This document shows, in pieces, positions 59,960-64,000 of a DNA stretch of 64,000 nucleotides. The first letter of the stretch is position 1. Every line of letters begins with the position of its first letter. Source of the DNA: Alphaproteobacteria bacterium (GTDB taxonomy: Bacteria > Pseudomonadota > Alphaproteobacteria > JAUHZC01); the NCBI GenBank assembly GCA_030425805.1, contig JAUHZC010000002.1, forward strand, positions 90,036 to 154,035, in the 5' to 3' direction. The position numbers and the translations under genes are program-made. The notes beneath the pieces were generated by a model. That model worked only from the letters and a program-made list of their open reading frames with translations, did not search any database and was not told where the DNA came from.

Positions 59960-62107
59960 GTGATTCGCCAATTTGAACTTGTTAATAAGGTAAAATCCTA
60001 CCTTAAAAACGTTGACGAAGATGCTTTGAATAAAGCTTATGTTTTCGCAATGAAGGCTCATGGCCATCAGACCCGTGCCTCTGGAGAGCCCTATTTCACG
60101 CACCCCCTCGAAGTTGCCAATATTCTTACAGATTTGTCGATGGACAGTGATACGATTATCACGGCTCTCTTGCATGATACAGTTGAGGATACGGATGTCA
60201 CTCTTGAGGATATCCGTAAAAATTTTGGCGAGAATATTGCAGCCCTTGTGGATGGGGTCACAAAACTCTCCCGCATTGAAAATTTGTCCGACAAGGCAAA
60301 TCAAGCTGAGAACTTTCGCAAACTCCTCCTCGCTATGTCTCAGGACTTGCGTATTCTTCTTGTGAAACTTGCAGACCGCCTCCATAACATGCGCACGCTG
60401 CACCATATCAAAAAAGTTGAAAAGCGCGTCCGTATTAGTCGGGAAACCATGGAGATTTACGCTCCTCTTGCAGAGCGTATCGGACTTCACAAAATTAAAG
60501 ATGAGCTTGAAGATCTTGCTTTTGAACAACTCAATGCAGATGCTCGAGATTCTATTCTCTCTCGCCTCCATTTTCTCCGCCGGGAAGGAGGAGAAATTGT
60601 CGAGCATGTTATTGAAACCTTAGAGAAACTTCTCAAAGAAGGGGGCATTAAAGCCAAAATCTACGGACGAGAAAAACGCCCCTACTCGATCTGGCGAAAA
60701 ATGCGGCGCCAGAATATCGCCTTTGAACAGCTCACAGATATTATTGCTTTCCGCATCTTAGTTGAGGACGCCAAAGAGTGTTATACCGCCCTCGGCATCA
60801 TCCACTCTACCTACCCCGTCATTCCGAATCGATTTAAAGATTATATCTCAACCCCCAAGCCAAATGGATATCGCTCTATCCATACGTCGGTTTTTGGGCC
60901 AAAACACCTCCGTCTTGAGGTTCAAATCCGAACCCAGCAAATGCATGAGATTGCAGAGAACGGCGTTGCTGCCCACTGGTCCTACAAACAGGCTGGCAGT
61001 AGTGGAGACCCCGACAGCTATCGATGGCTCCGCGGGCTTTTGGATATCCTAAACCAAGATGCAGAACCAGAAGAGTTTATTGATCATACCAAAATGGAGA
61101 TGTTCCAAGATCAAGTTTTCTGCTTTTCTCCCAATGGAGACCTTCTTGTTTTGCCTCAGGGATCCACACCCCTGGACTTTGCTTATGCTGTTCACTCTGA
61201 CATTGGAAATACCTGCGTGAGTGCCCGTATTAATGGCAAAATGTCACCGCTGAGAACCGTCCTAAAAAACGGGGACCAGGTTGAGATCACCACCTCAAAG
61301 ACACAGACACCTTCCCCAAACTGGGAGCGCTTTGTCGTTACCGGGAAAGCCAGATCTCACATTCGACGTTTCTTACGCCAAAAAGAGCAAGAACAATACA
61401 TCAAGCTTGGCCGAAGCATCTTGCAAAAAGCCCTCAAACTTGAGAACAAGATTCTTGTTGAGAAGGATCTAGAGAAGCACCTGTCCCGCTTTAAGGCCAA
61501 AACGACAGAAGATCTTTTCCGCTCTCTTGGTCAAGGTGTTCTGTCTTCGAATGAAGTCTTGCGGGCCCTTCTAAAGCCTGAAAACATCAAGTCTCCTCCA
61601 GATCAATTCATGGAAATTGATGAGGCTCACTTCCAAGAAAGCAAGAAGGCAAAAAACCAAGACCAAACCAACCTCATTGGCCTTATCCCTGGAATGGCTG
61701 TTCATTTTGCAAAATGTTGTCATCCGGTCCCCGGTGATAAGATTGTTGGTATTGTCCATACAGGCCATGGAGTCACTGTTCACCAGCTAAACTGCCCCAC
61801 CCTCCAGGAATTTGAAGAAGAGCCAGATCGCTGGCTTGATATTGGATGGGATATGGAAGTCATGGAGGATAAGGTTCATGCCGCCCGCCTCTCAGCGTTT
61901 CTTCTTAACAAACCTGGAAGCTTAGCCGCGGTCAGCCAGGTGATTAGCCAACAAAAAGCTAATATTCAAAACTTCAAAATCCTCCATCGTGCAGCAGATT
62001 TTTATGAAGTGCTCTTCGACATTGAGGTTCAAAACGTGGAACATCTTGATAATATCATTGCACGATTGCGCACCAGCTCATACGTCAACAGCATTGAGAG
62101 AAGATAG
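59960..62107 (+). CDS. spoT: Bifunctional (p)ppGpp synthetase/hydrolase (RSH)
   Basis: HD domain ALLHDTVED, synthetase EVQIRT, TGS (TPLDFAYAVHS), CCHPVPGD, ACT. Confidence 0.96.
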   Translation: MIRQFELVNKVKSYLKNVDEDALNKAYVFAMKAHGHQTRASGEPYFTHPLEVANILTDLSMDSDTIITALLHDTVEDTDVTLEDIRKNFGENIAALVDGVTKLSRIENLSDKANQAENFRKLLLAMSQDLRILLVKLADRLHNMRTLHHIKKVEKRVRISRETMEIYAPLAERIGLHKIKDELEDLAFEQLNADARDSILSRLHFLRREGGEIVEHVIETLEKLLKEGGIKAKIYGREKRPYSIWRKMRRQNIAFEQLTDIIAFRILVEDAKECYTALGIIHSTYPVIPNRFKDYISTPKPNGYRSIHTSVFGPKHLRLEVQIRTQQMHEIAENGVAAHWSYKQAGSSGDPDSYRWLRGLLDILNQDAEPEEFIDHTKMEMFQDQVFCFSPNGDLLVLPQGSTPLDFAYAVHSDIGNTCVSARINGKMSPLRTVLKNGDQVEITTSKTQTPSPNWERFVVTGKARSHIRRFLRQKEQEQYIKLGRSILQKALKLENKILVEKDLEKHLSRFKAKTTEDLFRSLGQGVLSSNEVLRALLKPENIKSPPDQFMEIDEAHFQESKKAKNQDQTNLIGLIPGMAVHFAKCCHPVPGDKIVGIVHTGHGVTVHQLNCPTLQEFEEEPDRWLDIGWDMEVMEDKVHAARLSAFLLNKPGSLAAVSQVISQQKANIQNFKILHRAADFYEVLFDIEVQNVEHLDNIIARLRTSSYVNSIERR

Positions 62108-62115
62108 GAAAGAAC

Positions 62116-63636
62116 ATGCAAAATCTTATTTTTTTTCTCATCTTTCTTCCCATATTCATTCTCCTAACCTTTCCAACACGATATTACCGTCTCCTGAATA
62201 CCCTTGGCTATCTTGTCTGCTTTATGGGACTTGCCATGGTTATTCCTGCTCTTCTAGACACCCTTCACCCTGATGATCAGTGGGATGCCAATGGTTATGG
62301 TTTTGGACTCAGTGCTCTTGTGACCCTTTTTAACGGTATTATGATGACACTGAGCACCCGGAACCGGGGCGAAGAAGCCCATCGCACTAAAGACGTCTTC
62401 CTGTTCACAGGGCTGACCTGGGTCACACTTTCCCTGTGTGCAACAATCCCCTTTCTTCTGACTTTTACAACTTACTCCACAACAGACGCATTTTTTGAGG
62501 CCATCTCAGCTATTACAACGACAGGAGCCACGGTCCTGACAGGCATTGACTTTGCGTCACCTGGCATTGTCCTTTGGCGAAGCATGCTTCAGTGGTTTGG
62601 CGGCATTGGAATTGTTGTGATGGCCATGGTTATTTTGCCGGATTTGCGTATTGGAGGGATGCAGCTTTTCCGCAGTGAATTTTCTGATCGCTCAGATAAA
62701 GTCCTCCCCCGTGTCCGCAATATCGCCAAAAACCTTTTTTTGGTGTATATCGGCCTCACCCTGGCTTGCACATTCTGTCTATTGGTTGCAGAAATGTCTG
62801 TCCTTGATGCAATTTGCCATGGCCTGACGATTATGGCCACAGGAGGCTTCTCCACCATGGATAGCTCCATTGGGGCGTTTCACAACCTTTGGGTAGAAGG
62901 CATTGCTGTGTTCTTCATGATTCTCAGCGGAACAAGCCTGATTCTCTACCTTCACCTATACAAAGGCTCTCCTCGCAAGTTCTATACAGATGATCAATTC
63001 CGAGCCTACCTTAAGCTCTTAGGAGGAGCGAGTCTTTTACTAACCCTCTGGCTCGTTTACCATGAGGGATATGAGCCCTTCATTGCACTCCGCCACGGCA
63101 TTTTCACAGCCGTATCCATTATCACCACAAGCGGCTTCTCAAATTGCGATTTTGGAAATTGGACTGGTTTTCCTTTGGTTCTGATCTTTTTCCTCATGAT
63201 TCTTGGAGGATGCTCTGGCTCTACATCGAGTGGACTGAAGATTTTTCGAATTCAGGTCATGTTTCGCGTCGCAAAGTCACAAATGCGCACACTCACCCAA
63301 CCACACGGAATCTTCCTTCCTCAGCTGGAGGGTCGAAACATTGACTCTGCAATCGTTGCAGCGATCCTCACGTTTGTCGGTGTTTTCTTGCTGACGGGTG
63401 TTGGTTTCGCCCTGACCCTGTCTCTCTTTGATCTCGACTTTATTACAGCCCTTTCTGGTGCTTTTTCCGCCCTTTCAAACGTTGGCCCTGGGCTTGGAGA
63501 TATTATTGGCCCCAGCGGGAACTATCAACCGTTGCCAATTGGATCAAAGTGGGTTTTGATGGCTGCGATGTTCTTAGGCCGCCTTGAGTTGCTCACACTT
63601 CTGGTTTTCCTCAGCCCTTCCTTCTGGGAGCGGTAG
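62116..63636 (+). CDS. trkH: Trk potassium uptake protein TrkH
   Basis: FFEAISAITTTGAT, QWFGGIG, ATGGFS, GGCSGSTSSGLK, NVGPGLG, GRLE. Confidence 0.95.
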   Translation: MQNLIFFLIFLPIFILLTFPTRYYRLLNTLGYLVCFMGLAMVIPALLDTLHPDDQWDANGYGFGLSALVTLFNGIMMTLSTRNRGEEAHRTKDVFLFTGLTWVTLSLCATIPFLLTFTTYSTTDAFFEAISAITTTGATVLTGIDFASPGIVLWRSMLQWFGGIGIVVMAMVILPDLRIGGMQLFRSEFSDRSDKVLPRVRNIAKNLFLVYIGLTLACTFCLLVAEMSVLDAICHGLTIMATGGFSTMDSSIGAFHNLWVEGIAVFFMILSGTSLILYLHLYKGSPRKFYTDDQFRAYLKLLGGASLLLTLWLVYHEGYEPFIALRHGIFTAVSIITTSGFSNCDFGNWTGFPLVLIFFLMILGGCSGSTSSGLKIFRIQVMFRVAKSQMRTLTQPHGIFLPQLEGRNIDSAIVAAILTFVGVFLLTGVGFALTLSLFDLDFITALSGAFSALSNVGPGLGDIIGPSGNYQPLPIGSKWVLMAAMFLGRLELLTLLVFLSPSFWER

Positions 63637-63735
63637 GGTCAACTTTAGTTTCTACTTATATCCAGCAACCATATTTCAAAAAAAATTGACTTTATTAAAA
63701 TCTCAACTATGTAATAATAAAAATATTTTTTTACC

Positions 63736-64000
63736 ATGAAAACTTTACTGACAATACTTATTTTTACATTTCCAAATTTTTCCTATGGTGCAGCAACTGA
63801 AGTTGCAGGTACAACAATGGCCCTCAGTTTGGAAGAGAGACTTCAAAGAGTCTGTAACCTTCTTAAAGAGAAAAAAGACCTAACAAGGGGTCGCAAGAGG
63901 CTGTTGGAAGAAGCAAAGATGCTCCGGGATTCTGGTGTGCCTGAACAGCAAGAACTTGCAAGACAGCTTCTAGACCAAACTCCACTAGACAAAATTGATG
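63736..64000 (+). CDS. Exported hypothetical protein, partial (runs off the window end)
   Basis: Not in the ORF track: MKTLLTILIFTFPNFSYGAATEVAG... open to 64000; TTGACT promoter-like element upstream. Confidence 0.7.
   Translation, partial: MKTLLTILIFTFPNFSYGAATEVAGTTMALSLEERLQRVCNLLKEKKDLTRGRKRLLEEAKMLRDSGVPEQQELARQLLDQTPLDKID

Noticed and set aside
59303-60607. 434-aa antisense ORF spanning the repeat protein and spoT
   Set aside because: Shadow frame opposite two well-supported genes, with no recognisable motifs

Overview
64 kb of an alphaproteobacterial chromosome. Gene content and order (lpdA-lipA-ratA, cpoB-tilS, lepB-rnc-era-recO-parC, dusB-ntrY-ntrX-trkA, rpsU divergent from COQ9) together with many orphan proteins carrying Sec signals suggest a host-associated, Holosporales/Caedimonadales-like lineage; this placement is an inference. 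Most of the window is housekeeping, with tRNA-Pro(TGG) and elongator tRNA-Met(CAT). No CRISPR array, rRNA, transposase or prophage was seen. Highlights: (1) a 1174-aa exported repeat protein with 6 PSAP and 4 PPAY motifs, including overlapping PSAPPAY like viral ESCRT late domains, plus GLF(Q/A)G repeats; (2) an unannotated Val-rich leader peptide with an overlapping terminator upstream of brnQ; (3) a signal peptide + F-box + NLS/AT-hook + LRR candidate effector, and another with a signal peptide followed by a mitochondrial-presequence-like segment; (4) a mobile mystery A/B cassette bounded by a 54-bp direct repeat, with three operator-like sites at exact 32-bp spacing; (5) a full-length arginase homolog lacking its metal ligands, upstream of rocD; (6) a DabAB/MpsAB inorganic carbon pump; (7) decayed RPE-like palindromic repeats and small gene remnants. 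All calls come from reading the sequence; no database searches were run.
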